Position numbers and translations under genes: made by a program. A stretch of 64,000 nt of DNA from Planctomycetota bacterium (GTDB lineage Bacteria > Planctomycetota > Planctomycetia > Pirellulales > Lacipirellulaceae): contig JAJDEE010000089.1 of NCBI GenBank assembly GCA_029259975.1, forward strand, positions 1,083 to 65,082, given 5' to 3'. Below the pieces are notes generated by a model, which saw nothing but the letters and a program-made list of their open reading frames with translations, was not told where the DNA came from and ran no database searches. Within the stretch, counting starts at the first letter, position 1. Each line of letters begins with the position of its first letter. Shown here one piece after another: positions 28,640 to 39,432 of the stretch.

Positions 28640-29902
28640 CTACGGAATCACATACGAGATTCCCGTCGCAGTGGCCCCTTCAAACAACAACGCCCGCCAA
28701 GTAAACGGAATCGGGTCGATCAGGTAGGGCGCACAGCTTCCTGGCCGATAGTAGCCCAACGTATAGACGCACTCGGTAGGCGTGCGAATACCCATCTTGT
28801 AAGGCAGCACAGGGAGTGTGCCAAAGAAATGCACGCCCGACATGATTGGCTGCACGTACGGCCCCCACGAATGCCCGTAGCGTTCGAGCTGGACTTGCTC
28901 GAAGTACAGTGGCTTGTGGCATAATGCTGCCGCTTTCCAGTTGTAGGTAATTTGAGACCACTGCCTTGGCTGATGGACTTTGGTGCTGACTGCACATTCG
29001 TAGGGAAAATCTTTGCCAGCGCTGCCTTTGACGCGAATACTCAACTCAATCGAGCTGATCTTATCCTCTTCGACATCATTGATTTCCTTTCGGCAGCTCT
29101 CTTCGCTTTCGCGTCTTTCGGCTTGCAATTCTTCACTTCGATCAAGGAGTTCCTCTGCCGTCAAACCGCCCTCTTGATCGTCCTGAAAGAGGTCCCGACC
29201 GAGATCGGGCGGACTTAGATCGTTGGGTTCCGGTTGCAACAAGCCGTCCTCATCAGATTCATTGTTCAAAGGGTCCATCTCGTCCAGCGGCTCCTCGGCC
29301 AAAGCATTGCTATCCAATAGGTCTTCCATCTGTTCATCCAATTCATCGTCATCCGACTTGCGGCGCCGGATTTCTTGCTCGATCGCGTCTTCGACCTCAT
29401 CCCTATCCTCTGCCGGCTCTGGGATCGATTCGTCGATGGGTTCGTCGAAGGGATCATCTTCAATCGGATCGTTGGGTAAGAACGCTAGCCGATCGTCTTC
29501 GTCGAAAGGGTCGTAGACTGGAGCAACTTTGTTGACGAGAACACTATGATCTTCGGTCGTGCTGTCAGCCTCGGTAGAGTTAGAGACGTTCGATTGTTGC
29601 GTCGTAAGCGCATCGTCCTCTTCCCAAGCAGCCATAATGACATGCGAGTCGCGAACCATGCGAGCGTTCTGCTGAACCAAACGATTTCTTGCCGTCGAAT
29701 TCGCCCTGTGGCTGACTACTTCTCGGCTGACTACTTGCGGATGTCCCCACTTCAGAGTTGAAGCACCCTGTGCAGTCACCCCGACCTGACCCACAAGAAT
29801 GGCCGCAGCTGCAAACAGGACGAAACGTCCCGGGTTAAGACTTATCGCCGGCTGAGTATTCAGCTGTATAGTTGGGCGATTCTTGCGTAATAGCGATATC
29901 AT
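28640..29902 (-). CDS. Planctomycete conserved hypothetical protein (acidic disordered middle, conserved C-terminal domain)
   Basis: C-terminal [25 protein letters not shown]...LPYKMG...[16 protein letters not shown]. Start uncertain; it overlaps the end of guaB. Confidence 0.75.
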   Translation of the reverse strand: MISLLRKNRPTIQLNTQPAISLNPGRFVLFAAAAILVGQVGVTAQGASTLKWGHPQVVSREVVSHRANSTARNRLVQQNARMVRDSHVIMAAWEEDDALTTQQSNVSNSTEADSTTEDHSVLVNKVAPVYDPFDEDDRLAFLPNDPIEDDPFDEPIDESIPEPAEDRDEVEDAIEQEIRRRKSDDDELDEQMEDLLDSNALAEEPLDEMDPLNNESDEDGLLQPEPNDLSPPDLGRDLFQDDQEGGLTAEELLDRSEELQAERRESEESCRKEINDVEEDKISSIELSIRVKGSAGKDFPYECAVSTKVHQPRQWSQITYNWKAAALCHKPLYFEQVQLERYGHSWGPYVQPIMSGVHFFGTLPVLPYKMGIRTPTECVYTLGYYRPGSCAPYLIDPIPFTWRALLFEGATATGISYVIP

Positions 29903-31313
29903 GCGGATGATTCTCCCGCACACTTGCCGGCGAAACTTGAATGAATCGCGCGTCCGTGCGCAGCTCCTCAATTGTTTTCGTGCCACAGTAACCCATACCA
30001 GCCCGCAAGCCACCGACCAACTGATAGAGAAAATCGCTCAGTTCGCCTTTGTAGGGCACGCGCCCTTCGACCCCTTCGGGCACTAGCTTGCCGTTGCCAG
30101 CATCCTCTTTCGACTGTCTGTATCGTTCACTTGAACCGTGTACCATTGCCCCTAGAGAGCCCATCCCGCGATAAGCTTTGTAAGTGCGTCCCTGGTATAA
30201 AACCCTTTCGCCAGGACTTTCGTCCAATCCTGCCAGCAAACCACCGAGCATCACGAGGTGAGCGCCGGCAGCGATTGCTTTTGTGATGTCTCCCGAATAA
30301 CGAATCCCGCCATCGGCGATGATCGTTGTTTCCGATCCCTTGGCCGCCTGCGCGGCGTTGTAGACCGCCGTAATTTGCGGCACACCAATGCCCGAAATAA
30401 TTCTCGTCGTACAAATCGACCCTGGACCAATGCCCACTTTTACGGCATTGACTCCCGCGCTGATCAAGTCGCGACAGCCCTCGCCTGTCGCCACGTTGCC
30501 CGCGACGATGTCGATGTCCCACTTCTGTTTGAGTTGTTTGACCGTGTCGATCACGTTGGACGAATGCCCGTGGGCACTGTCTACCACGAGGAAATCAACC
30601 TCTTTCTCGATCAGGCTAGCAGCCCGCTCGTAGTCGAACACCCCGATCGCAGCACCAACGCGTAGTCGTCCCTGCTCGTCTTTACAGGCCTGAGGAAATC
30701 GCCGCATCATGTCGATGTCTTTGATCGTAATCAGACCCTTCAGTTGATAATCTTCGTCAACCAGCAAAAGCTTCTCGACCTTTTTTGCCATCAAAATCTT
30801 TTCCGCTTGCCCAAGCGTTACATTTCCCGTTGCTGTCACTAGTGGCTTGCTGGTCATCACTTGAGCAATTGGCAGGCTGTTATCCTCGAGAAAACGCAGG
30901 TCGCGGCGAGTGAGTATGCCAACGAGCGTCCCTCCCTCGGTGATCGGAATGCCCGAAACTTTCGACTCGTCCATGGTCTGCCGAGCGGTAGCGACGCTAG
31001 CATCAGGGGGCAGAGTCACTGGGTCGACAATGATGCCGTTGGCGCTACGCTTAACTTTCTCGACCTCTTCGGTCTGTGCTTCAATCGACAAATTCTTGTG
31101 GATCACGCCCAGCCCGCCCAGCTGAGCAAGCGCGATCGCCATGCGACTCTCTGTGACCGTGTCCATGGGCGAACTGAGGACAGGCAAATGCAACGGAATC
31201 GAGGGAGTCAGTCGCGTCGAGACATCGACTTCTGCTGGCACCATCGTGCTATAGCGAGGCTGGATCAGCACATCGTCAAAAGTCAGTCCTGAATTGATCA
31301 GCTTGTCCTGCAT
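29835..31313 (-). CDS. guaB: IMP dehydrogenase
   Basis: [18 protein letters not shown] pair, [23 protein letters not shown]. Confidence 0.98.
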   Translation of the reverse strand: MQDKLINSGLTFDDVLIQPRYSTMVPAEVDVSTRLTPSIPLHLPVLSSPMDTVTESRMAIALAQLGGLGVIHKNLSIEAQTEEVEKVKRSANGIIVDPVTLPPDASVATARQTMDESKVSGIPITEGGTLVGILTRRDLRFLEDNSLPIAQVMTSKPLVTATGNVTLGQAEKILMAKKVEKLLLVDEDYQLKGLITIKDIDMMRRFPQACKDEQGRLRVGAAIGVFDYERAASLIEKEVDFLVVDSAHGHSSNVIDTVKQLKQKWDIDIVAGNVATGEGCRDLISAGVNAVKVGIGPGSICTTRIISGIGVPQITAVYNAAQAAKGSETTIIADGGIRYSGDITKAIAAGAHLVMLGGLLAGLDESPGERVLYQGRTYKAYRGMGSLGAMVHGSSERYRQSKEDAGNGKLVPEGVEGRVPYKGELSDFLYQLVGGLRAGMGYCGTKTIEELRTDARFIQVSPASVRENHPHDIAITQESPNYTAEYSAGDKS

Positions 31314-31876
31314 CGTGGGTCTCCGCCAGCGTGATGACTAGAATCCCGCATTATCTCGCGAAAAGCTGCTACTGACAAGCGGCTGAATAAGCGGGGAATG
31401 GTTTCGCTAGTGTTGAAGCTAATATCCCAGAGCTCAAAACTCCGATAGACTGACCTTTCGTGTGTAAATCTTCCCAACTTTGTAAGACTTCTAAGCACCG
31501 ATTTTCTCAACAAAATCGAAAGGTTGACTCAAGTCGACGTCTCGCTGCGGCCCAAGCAAGCTGCGGCTTGCGAATGATGCCAAAGTGTGAACTCCAGTAC
31601 ACTCGGCATAGAAATTGCACAAAGCTACTTTTACCAGCGACGAAGCCACGTTGCTTTTCACAAAAGACGGGCTGCCACTGATGGCACCCGCATAGTGGCT
31701 CTCCCTTGCCCTCACGGCCGTCGCTTACGGATTTACTAAATTGCCCTCTGGAAAGGGCTCGTCCCAAGGAAAGGGAGAATTCTTATGTTTACCCCACCAG
31801 TGATCATTGGTTGCAGCAGCCTGTTCCTGTACATCGTGTTCGACATGCTCGGATGCCGGCAGAGTTAGAAAGTAGC

Positions 31877-31970
31877 TAAGAGACGCGGGCTACGAGCTAC
31901 GAGGCGCGAGTGAAAGGAAAGGCAAAGCCTCGACAATTACTCGCGCCTCGTAACGCGCGCCTCGTAACTC
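31877..31970. repeat. Long imperfect inverted repeat built of heptamer-like units
   Basis: ...TACGAGGCGCGAGT / ACTCGCGCCTCGTA... arms. Confidence 0.6.
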
Positions 31971-31973
31971 CAT

Positions 31974-32014
31974 AAAAAAACTGGGGATCAACCTTCGAGA
32001 AGGCTGACCCCCAG
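31974..32014 (-). terminator. Rho-independent terminator of the porin gene
   Basis: CTGGGG.TCA.CCTTC-GA-GAAGG.TGA.CCCCAG stem followed by a T7 run on the minus strand. Confidence 0.8.
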
Positions 32015-32050
32015 TGAGGGGAATCTTCGAGATGTTGGAGACGACCCGAC

Positions 32051-33265
32051 TTAGTAAGTCAGAATCATATCGACAGCTGCGATCTCTTCGTCAAAGCCGA
32101 GTGCAGGAACCCAATCTTGACGGTACTCAGGACGTAGGACCAAGTTGTCTAGCAGCTGGATGTTCGCACCACTGGTGTACTCGTAGTTCGAGACACCATC
32201 GTTACGCCACCACTCGATGCGGCTTCCAAACTTGACATAATCATTGTAAGTGTAGAACAAGTATTGGTTGATCCCGATGTCTTCATCACGCACCGGGCCA
32301 TCGATCTTCTTGTAATCCGTCTGGAAGACGTAACTCAAGTTGTTACGCAATTGCACGTCAAACACGAGGGTATGCGAGTAATCGTCGTCAGATCCTTGGC
32401 TCACTGCGCCAAAGTTGCCATAGTTGTTGATGTAAGTCATCGTAATCGAATCACTTAGGCCAACGCTGAAACCACCCAGGTAGTTGCTACCGCTCGCGAC
32501 GCTATCGAAACCACTATCCCAGCCAGTTGTCCAACCGTTGTACAACGTGATGTTTTCAAAACCGGTGTACGTCGAAAGCACACCTGTGTGAGTAAACGGC
32601 TCGCTGTTGAACATGGTCAACGAGTGGCTAAAGAAAAAGTTTTCTGGAGCCATTACCGATTCGTAACCAGCTATTGTATAGAAGTGACCAACGATCACTG
32701 AGAAATCGCCCATCGCTGCTTCAAGGTACAATTGAGGGATAGCCCAACCATAGTTACCATGGTCAAAACCTTCGTCGAAGCTGTCGGCAGGGTTGCCAAA
32801 CGATTGAGCATTTTGACCGTCGACGCCGTAGAGAAAATCTGCGCGAAAACCGAGATCAAAACCCCTTGAGCCATCAGCCTTTTTACCAAGGTAAAAGTAT
32901 TGCTGGTGTAGATTCAATCGATCTTCGGTGTCATTGAAAGAAGCACCACCGGTCGAGGAAGTCAGAGTTGGCTCACTTGTATTGCCAAACTGCGTCCAAC
33001 CACCTACATCAAAAGCACTCACACCGAGAGAATCTGCCAGCGAAAAGCCCTCGACCCAGCCTCCGCCTATGCCACTAAGCAATCCGCCGCCACCGCAAGC
33101 ACTCCCGCAGCCGCAGCCATCCCCGCAATCGGTGCCACTGTCGCAGCAGCCAGCAGGGGTTACCATCTGATCGTAAGACCACTGAGCTAGGCTATCTTCG
33201 GCAAAAACGGGTGCCGTTGCTAACGTAAGCACAGCGATTCCAGCTGTCCATGATTTGAATTTCAC
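32051..33265 (-). CDS. Putative outer-membrane beta-barrel porin (BBP2/DUF1597-like)
   Basis: GTG start after AGGAG; Cys/Gly-rich linker; PQLYLE, GHFYTIAGYE, N.FFSHS, EPFTHTG, RPEYRQDW; terminal aromatic residue. Confidence 0.82.
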   Translation of the reverse strand: MKFKSWTAGIAVLTLATAPVFAEDSLAQWSYDQMVTPAGCCDSGTDCGDGCGCGSACGGGGLLSGIGGGWVEGFSLADSLGVSAFDVGGWTQFGNTSEPTLTSSTGGASFNDTEDRLNLHQQYFYLGKKADGSRGFDLGFRADFLYGVDGQNAQSFGNPADSFDEGFDHGNYGWAIPQLYLEAAMGDFSVIVGHFYTIAGYESVMAPENFFFSHSLTMFNSEPFTHTGVLSTYTGFENITLYNGWTTGWDSGFDSVASGSNYLGGFSVGLSDSITMTYINNYGNFGAVSQGSDDDYSHTLVFDVQLRNNLSYVFQTDYKKIDGPVRDEDIGINQYLFYTYNDYVKFGSRIEWWRNDGVSNYEYTSGANIQLLDNLVLRPEYRQDWVPALGFDEEIAAVDMILTY

Positions 33266-33801
33266 CTCGAAGCTCCTTCTTATACTGCCTTGGCGTGTCA
33301 TCCAGCTCCAACCAGAAAACGCCAAAACACGGATCGTTGTGCAAGCTCGCAGATCCCAGACTGGGTCTGACTCGGAGACCTGCGTTTGCGGAAAGTTCAT
33401 CCGCCTCGGAATCATTCATCGTCCCGCGCGTCGAGCAAGATCAAGCCGTCAGACCGCAAAAGACGCTAAAAACTCCGCGAAAAGCAGCTTTCCTGGTAAG
33501 CTTTCCCAGATGTAATGGTTACACGGGATTTTGGCCTTCGTGTCAGCAAGACGACACCTGCTACCGGCAATTCCAACCAATGATCAGCAAAGGCCAATAA
33601 TCAAAAAGTGTGCCAGCGGCAGGAAATCTTGCCAACTACACCTAGTTAGCTTCCTTTGCAAAACTTCACTAACCAGCAAAGTCTGCCTCCTGCTAAAAGA
33701 TTACGCAGGCCGTATTTCTCGTGGCAACCGAGTGGCGCCAATGAATCGAATCCGAAAGCTATTTTCGTCCGGGATTTGTGGTCACAACTGAGATGACCAC
33801 A

Positions 33802-34542
33802 CTATTCGAGTGTCCATGAATCGACGAGCCAAATTACATTGAGGTCGGCATTCCGATAGCGTTTCAGTACCAGCAGGCACAATTGCTGCTCTTGCCCGGG
33901 GCAGCTGGCAGTGTACCGAAAAACGGCTTGGGGAGGCCTGCTTTTGATACTGACACTTGCATCAGTAAGCCGAAAACTTGCTGCGACAACCTCTTGCAAA
34001 TCATTCAGTTTCACCACTAGGGGATCTTGACGCAGCAGCGCTGAAGAAAAAATACTACCAAAGACGGACATCTGTCCCGCACCTGAAGCAGGGGCGACCT
34101 TGTCGATGGCAACCTCGGTCATCAGCTCCAACATTTCCTCTGAACGTCCCTCAGCAGCCAGCGACAACCACTGCCGGCCTACATCATCGGCTTGTCGCTG
34201 CAAGAGGTTATCACGGACTTTGATATGTGCGGCGGAGGCCACACTAAAAAAGATTGCTAATGCTAGCCCCCAACGTGCCAGCCAAGCTCCCGACACGCCC
34301 CCTTCCGAAGAGGCGATCCCCTTCAAGGCCAACAGTGCTGCCGCTACAGCCGCCAACGGTACAACAACCATCAACGGCCCGGCAAACATCGCTGCTGAAC
34401 AGAGCCCAAGCACAAAGGCAATGACAGCCAGTGTACTCAGCGATCGATACTGCCCCAACTCGTCAGCATTATAGCCGGTCGTATCAAGGCTACGCGTATC
34501 GTCGTCGCGGGTATCAGAAGAAGTAGGTGTTGTTGTAGCCAT
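33802..34542 (-). CDS. Membrane protein (DUF4190-like N-terminus)
   Basis: YRSLSTLAVIAFVLGL...G..LA.WG, three TM helices. Confidence 0.7.
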   Translation of the reverse strand: MATTTPTSSDTRDDDTRSLDTTGYNADELGQYRSLSTLAVIAFVLGLCSAAMFAGPLMVVVPLAAVAAALLALKGIASSEGGVSGAWLARWGLALAIFFSVASAAHIKVRDNLLQRQADDVGRQWLSLAAEGRSEEMLELMTEVAIDKVAPASGAGQMSVFGSIFSSALLRQDPLVVKLNDLQEVVAASFRLTDASVSIKSRPPQAVFRYTASCPGQEQQLCLLVLKRYRNADLNVIWLVDSWTLE

Positions 34543-34608
34543 CACATCCAGCAGTGTAATGAAAGGAAGGACACAAAGACAAGGGAGGCCGACCACCAAA
34601 AAAATGGG

Positions 34609-35133
34609 TCACTTGCCGTAGTAAGAAAAGTCGACTTTTTCCGCTTTGGCAAAAGGTTTGGATACCGAATAGAAAGGACGTGTTATGTTCTGAAACGCAC
34701 TCACCTGCGACTCACTCGCATCGCTCGTCTTCCACTCACCCGCTTTGATAGGTCCGTACAACAGCGTAAACGCTGCAAAGCTCGTCATCATCACGGCCAC
34801 AACCAATCCCATCAAAATGCCACCCAGCTTCTCTACCACGGGCAGATATCGGACTCGGATTTTGGAAGCTTTATCGACCACGGTTCGTAGGATCAATAAG
34901 GTCAAAGCAAATACACCCCACATTCCAGCAAACACATAATACCAAGCAAAGGAATCGTCCTGCCCCGCTTTTTCAAAGGCCATCGCTCCCATCGGCACCC
35001 CAGCAACTGAAGCAGCTGTGCCGCTGATTAGAATGCAAATCAATAAAATTGTGTTATTCCACAATCCTTCGCTGACGCACATCGCCAGTGCAGCGAAGAA
35101 TAGGAATCCAAGCAAAACCAATAATAAAAGCAT
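34609..35133 (-). CDS. CvpA (colicin V production)-like membrane protein
   Basis: EGLW motif, four TM helices, EKLGGILMG. Confidence 0.65.
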   Translation of the reverse strand: MLLLLVLLGFLFFAALAMCVSEGLWNNTILLICILISGTAASVAGVPMGAMAFEKAGQDDSFAWYYVFAGMWGVFALTLLILRTVVDKASKIRVRYLPVVEKLGGILMGLVVAVMMTSFAAFTLLYGPIKAGEWKTSDASESQVSAFQNITRPFYSVSKPFAKAEKVDFSYYGK

Positions 35134-35224
35134 AATTATCCCTGAAGTTTCTTGGGCCTCAATTCGCGAGTTGCGGTCGCAAAGCCTGCTTACTACCCAC
35201 AACTCGAATCTCAAAACTACTTCT

Positions 35225-37165
35225 TCAATTTTTCAACACACGCATCAATTCGGGCAACGAAGTCTCGCCCTTGGCGACTAACAGTACGCCTTCCTCCTGT
35301 AACGACCGTTGGCGCGACGCTCGAGCGGCCTTTTTCAAGAGATCCAGCTTCGGCTGCTTCACAAGAATCTCTCTCATCTGATCGGTGACAATCAATAATT
35401 CAAAAATACCGGTCCGGCCCTGGTAGCCCAAGGCTTGGCACGCCATGCAAGGCTTGTCGAGTTCCTCGCCCTTGGGCGGACGATAGAGCTGTTCGACTTT
35501 TCCAGTCGGAATGCCCAATTTACGTAGTGTTTCAGGCGGAGGTGTGTAGCCTACTTTGCACTCGGGGCAAAGCAAACGTATCATGCGCTGGTAAAGCACC
35601 GCCTTCACCGCCGATGCAAATTCCTTAGCCGGCATTTTCATTTGCAAAATTCGCAACAAGGCCTCCGCCGCCTCTCGTGCGCGTACGGTGGTAATTACAA
35701 GGTCTTCGTCTTTGATTTCCTTAAAAAGTATTTCCGTCGTTTCGACATTCACCATGTCGCGACAGACGTAAACGTCTGGGTAATTGCGAACCAGCCTCGG
35801 CAAAATTGTTGCTGGCGTCTCGCCCGCAGACGCATCGTAGGTTGTGGTGCTTATATTCTGGATTTCTCGTTCTCGATGATCGACCTCTTCGATCGAAGCA
35901 AAGTCTCGCATCAGGCGATCTGTCTCTTCCAGCGAGACGTCTGTGATTGTCGTCAGACCACCGCCTGGCATGGTCGAAAGAATCAGCAGCCCCTGGTCCA
36001 AAGCCATTAGCTCTTCCCACTTTTCTCGCAGCCCTTCGCGCATACCCAATTCGGCATAGGTCGTAAAATGCTGCTTCTTACCGGTCCGAGAAATAATCAC
36101 TCGCTCGCCAGTCGCAACTCCCTGGCTCACCAGCGAGCAAAAATAATTCTTCCCGCTGTATTTCGCACCAAACTGCCCTGCCTGCTTGTTGCGACGATCT
36201 TTCACGTCAAGATTCGCTAACGTCTTCATCACCGCCAGCATCACATCGCTCGCCTCGCGCTCGCGAGCTTCCCCATTGTGCCACATGCCATCGATCTCGT
36301 GACGAACGTTGACCGCCTGCTTGGTAAAGTCGAACATCGCCCGATCGCACCGACGATCAACCATCTCGGCAATGACTTCTTTCACCAACAAATAGCCCGG
36401 AGAGTTGCGAGCCGAGAGCAAATTGGCATTGTCCGTCGTTGAATCCTCAGCGCCCATCGCCATCAGCTCGACGGCAACACCTTTCTCGTATTCGGCCACC
36501 CGATCGGCGCTCATCTTGATTCCCGCAGCACCAGCCACCATTGCAAACACATGCCGCCACCAAGATCCCGTCAGCACCGTCTGGTGCGGCTGGACATTCT
36601 TGTTGTGGACAAGCACATAGGGAACCCAGGTTGCGAGAAAAATCACCAGTAGAATTGGCACCTTGATAGCCATCGCCAACGGCACGAAAAACAGCACCAC
36701 CGCAACCAACGCAAACGGGGCGTAGAGAATATGATTCCACTTGTACCAGCCCAATCCGTAAATCTGGACGTCTTGATTCACCCAATCGCCAGCACGGACC
36801 CACATCACTACCAGCAAGCCAAGCCCGAGCAGTTTCAACAGCGGCACAAGCCGAAACTTGGTCTCCTTCGCCTGCTGTGCGAACGATTTACCGCCCTTGG
36901 CCGCTTGTCCTTTAGCCGTGTTATTCTCAGCATTCCGCTTATTACCCTCCGGACGATGCTCTTCGGAATCTTTGGCTATCTTGCGAGAGCGATTCCCCTC
37001 CAGCTCGGCATTGATCGCCCCCGCCGCATTAACGTCAGCAAGCCCAACCTGCGCCCACACTGTCTGCGGAATTGAAATGCAAAATGCCACTGCCAAAGCC
37101 AGAAAAGAAACTCTGGCCGTTGATAATCGCAATCCAAACAAACGTGATCCTAACAACAGGTGCAT
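35225..37165 (-). CDS. GspE/PilB-like protein with N-terminal TM helices and degenerate ATPase motifs
   Basis: R..IDG.W, QAGQF, QR..R.LCPEC...CMAC..GYQGRTGIFELL. Walker A reads MPGGGLTT (no Lys). Confidence 0.85.
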   Translation of the reverse strand: MHLLLGSRLFGLRLSTARVSFLALAVAFCISIPQTVWAQVGLADVNAAGAINAELEGNRSRKIAKDSEEHRPEGNKRNAENNTAKGQAAKGGKSFAQQAKETKFRLVPLLKLLGLGLLVVMWVRAGDWVNQDVQIYGLGWYKWNHILYAPFALVAVVLFFVPLAMAIKVPILLVIFLATWVPYVLVHNKNVQPHQTVLTGSWWRHVFAMVAGAAGIKMSADRVAEYEKGVAVELMAMGAEDSTTDNANLLSARNSPGYLLVKEVIAEMVDRRCDRAMFDFTKQAVNVRHEIDGMWHNGEAREREASDVMLAVMKTLANLDVKDRRNKQAGQFGAKYSGKNYFCSLVSQGVATGERVIISRTGKKQHFTTYAELGMREGLREKWEELMALDQGLLILSTMPGGGLTTITDVSLEETDRLMRDFASIEEVDHREREIQNISTTTYDASAGETPATILPRLVRNYPDVYVCRDMVNVETTEILFKEIKDEDLVITTVRAREAAEALLRILQMKMPAKEFASAVKAVLYQRMIRLLCPECKVGYTPPPETLRKLGIPTGKVEQLYRPPKGEELDKPCMACQALGYQGRTGIFELLIVTDQMREILVKQPKLDLLKKAARASRQRSLQEEGVLLVAKGETSLPELMRVLKN

Positions 37166-38322
37166 CAGATAATACCGCCTTGCGAAACGTCGATTCCTTT
37201 GAGTGCCATCTTCAATGCTTCGCGATTCGGCGCCACTTCCAATGCCACTTCGCGGTCAATCAACTCCTCGTCGACCAACTTTTTCAAGCTCTGTGTAAAA
37301 TCTTGCATGCCGTCTTCTGCCCCAACGCGAATCGCATCCCCCAGGCGGTGATCTTGCTCCTCGAGGATCAACTTACTGACGGTAGGCGAAAAGGTCATGA
37401 TCTCGCACGTCGGCACCCGCCCGACACCGGGCTTGATTGATTTGAGCAGTTTTTGGGCGACAATGCCCCTCATGTTCATCGCGATTGCACTACGCAGCGC
37501 GCCGTGCATCTCTTGCGGAAACAGGTCCAAAATACGACCAATCGTCGACGCCGCCGTGCTGGCGTGGATCGTCCCGAAGACCAAGTGACCCGTCTCGGCG
37601 GCGTGGATCGCCGTCATAAATGTTTCTTTGTCACGCATTTCGCCCACCAACATCACGTCGGGGTCTTCTCGCACTGCGTGCTTCATGCCGATCTCAAAAT
37701 CGATTACATCCAAACCGATTTCGCGTTGGTTGATCAAACACTTGTTCTCGGTGAACACAAATTCAATCGGATCTTCAAGCGTCAATATATGCTTACGATA
37801 ATTGGCGTTGATCCAATTCAGCATGGAGGCGATCGTCGTACTCTTGCCCGAACCGGTTACTCCTGCGAGCAGCACCATGCCTTGGTCGTAGGTGCAAAGC
37901 CGCTCCATCGAAGGTGGCAGGTTCAGTCCTTCAAAGTCGGGAATCCAACTACTCACCCGCCGAGCGACCAAGCCGATGTGCCCCAGTTGCTGGAGCAAAT
38001 TCACACGAAACCGCCAATTCGTCCCGTCCACCTCCAGCATATGGGCGAAGTCAGCCCCGCCGTCATGGTCGAAAATCTTGCGGCTGCGCTCATTCATCAG
38101 CGGAAAACAAAGCCGCACCATCTCTTCGTCGTCGATCGGCGCACGATCCATCGGACGCAGCGTACCGTCGACACGCAACATCGGCGGTCGGCCCACCTTG
38201 AGATGCAGGTCGCTCGCTTCAAACTTCACGCAAGCCTTAAACAGCTTGTTGACTTCCAGGTCGGTATGTCGCGCGACAAAACTGTCGTAGTCCGATTCGT
38301 TGATCGAGGATTTTGATGGCAT
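37165..38322 (-). CDS. pilT: PilT/PilU-family type IV pilus ATPase
   Basis: ASDLHLKVG.PP, GVTGSGKST, EDPIE, QREIG, REDPDV.LVGEMRD, AETGHLVFGTIH, GMQ.F. Confidence 0.9.
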   Translation of the reverse strand: MPSKSSINESDYDSFVARHTDLEVNKLFKACVKFEASDLHLKVGRPPMLRVDGTLRPMDRAPIDDEEMVRLCFPLMNERSRKIFDHDGGADFAHMLEVDGTNWRFRVNLLQQLGHIGLVARRVSSWIPDFEGLNLPPSMERLCTYDQGMVLLAGVTGSGKSTTIASMLNWINANYRKHILTLEDPIEFVFTENKCLINQREIGLDVIDFEIGMKHAVREDPDVMLVGEMRDKETFMTAIHAAETGHLVFGTIHASTAASTIGRILDLFPQEMHGALRSAIAMNMRGIVAQKLLKSIKPGVGRVPTCEIMTFSPTVSKLILEEQDHRLGDAIRVGAEDGMQDFTQSLKKLVDEELIDREVALEVAPNREALKMALKGIDVSQGGII

Positions 38323-38360
38323 AATGTTTTCTACTCTTCAGTCGTGTGAAGAAGAAAAAA

Positions 38361-38532
38361 ATAGGACGCGGATAAACGTGGATAAACGTGGATTTTACGG
38401 ATTCACGCAGATAAAAGGATTACAGGCTTAATTATTCTCAAACTCTCAATTCAAAACTTGGCCGTTTTCTATTCCTATTTCATTCGGCTGATCCGCGAAA
38501 ATCCGTTTAATCTGCGTTCCTCCGCGTTCTAT
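38361..38532. repeat. Intergenic palindrome with 9-10-bp periodic arms (ACGCGGAT family)
   Basis: ATAGGACGCGGATAAACGTGGAT... / ...ATCTGCGTTCCTCCGCGTTCTAT; related copy at 55690-55795. Confidence 0.8.
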
Positions 38533-38545
38533 TTTTCGCCTAAAA

Positions 38546-39319
38546 CTAAGCAACCAGCCGCACCGCTACGCCATGCTCGGCCATGATGCGTTTGGTTTCT
38601 TGAATCGTGTACTCGCCAAAATGAAAAATGCTGGCTGCCAGTGCTGCGTCGGCTTTGCCGGTCGTCACTGCCTCGGCCATGTGCAGCGGAGACCCTGCCC
38701 CGCCGCTAGCCACTACAGGTATCGAAACCGCTTCGCTCACGGCGGCAGTGATCTCTAAATCGTATCCCGCCTTCGTGCCGTCGGCACCCATGCACGTCAA
38801 CACAATCTCGCCGGCACCCAACTCCTGCACCTGCCGCGCCCAGTCCACCGCTTCTAGCCCAGTACCAATACGGCCGCCATTAATGAAAACTTCCCACACT
38901 TCTCGCCCATCCCGTTGCACACGTTTCGGGTCAATGTTCACCACCGTCGCACACGAGCCGAATGCTCGGCTCACCTCAGTAACCAACTCGGGCGTTCGCA
39001 CGGCAGCCGAGTTGATGCTCACTTTTTCTGCTCCCGCTTGAATCAATAGCCGCACATCTTCCAAAGTCCGAATCCCGCCACCAACAGTAAACGGCATAAA
39101 CACCTGCTCCGCCGTCCGGCGCACCACGTCGAGCATGATGTCGCGCCCATCGTGGCTGGCACAAATATCCAAAAAAACCAACTCGTCGGCCCCTTCACGC
39201 TCGTAGCGAGCCGCCACCTCGACCGGATCGCCCGCGTCGCGAAGATTCACAAAATTCGTCCCTTTCACCACCCGACCACGGTCGACGTCGAGACAGGGAA
39301 TCACACGTTTAGCAAGCAT
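38546..39319 (-). CDS. hisF: Imidazole glycerol phosphate synthase cyclase subunit
   Basis: [44 protein letters not shown]. Confidence 0.98.
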   Translation of the reverse strand: MLAKRVIPCLDVDRGRVVKGTNFVNLRDAGDPVEVAARYEREGADELVFLDICASHDGRDIMLDVVRRTAEQVFMPFTVGGGIRTLEDVRLLIQAGAEKVSINSAAVRTPELVTEVSRAFGSCATVVNIDPKRVQRDGREVWEVFINGGRIGTGLEAVDWARQVQELGAGEIVLTCMGADGTKAGYDLEITAAVSEAVSIPVVASGGAGSPLHMAEAVTTGKADAALAASIFHFGEYTIQETKRIMAEHGVAVRLVA

Positions 39320-39432
39320 CGGCAAGAGGCCAGGGGCCGGAGGTCAGAGATCAGGGCTCGGCTATCGCCGGAAACCCCCTAAACCATTCAGTTTAAGTAC
39401 GATTCGGAGGGGGGTCAACTAGCCGCGGATCG

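Noticed and set aside
33599-33614. Sigma-54-like TGGCACACTTTTTGA upstream of the porin
   Set aside because: Spacing is right but the -12 element is GA, not GC, and it lies ~330 bp from the start; too weak to call.
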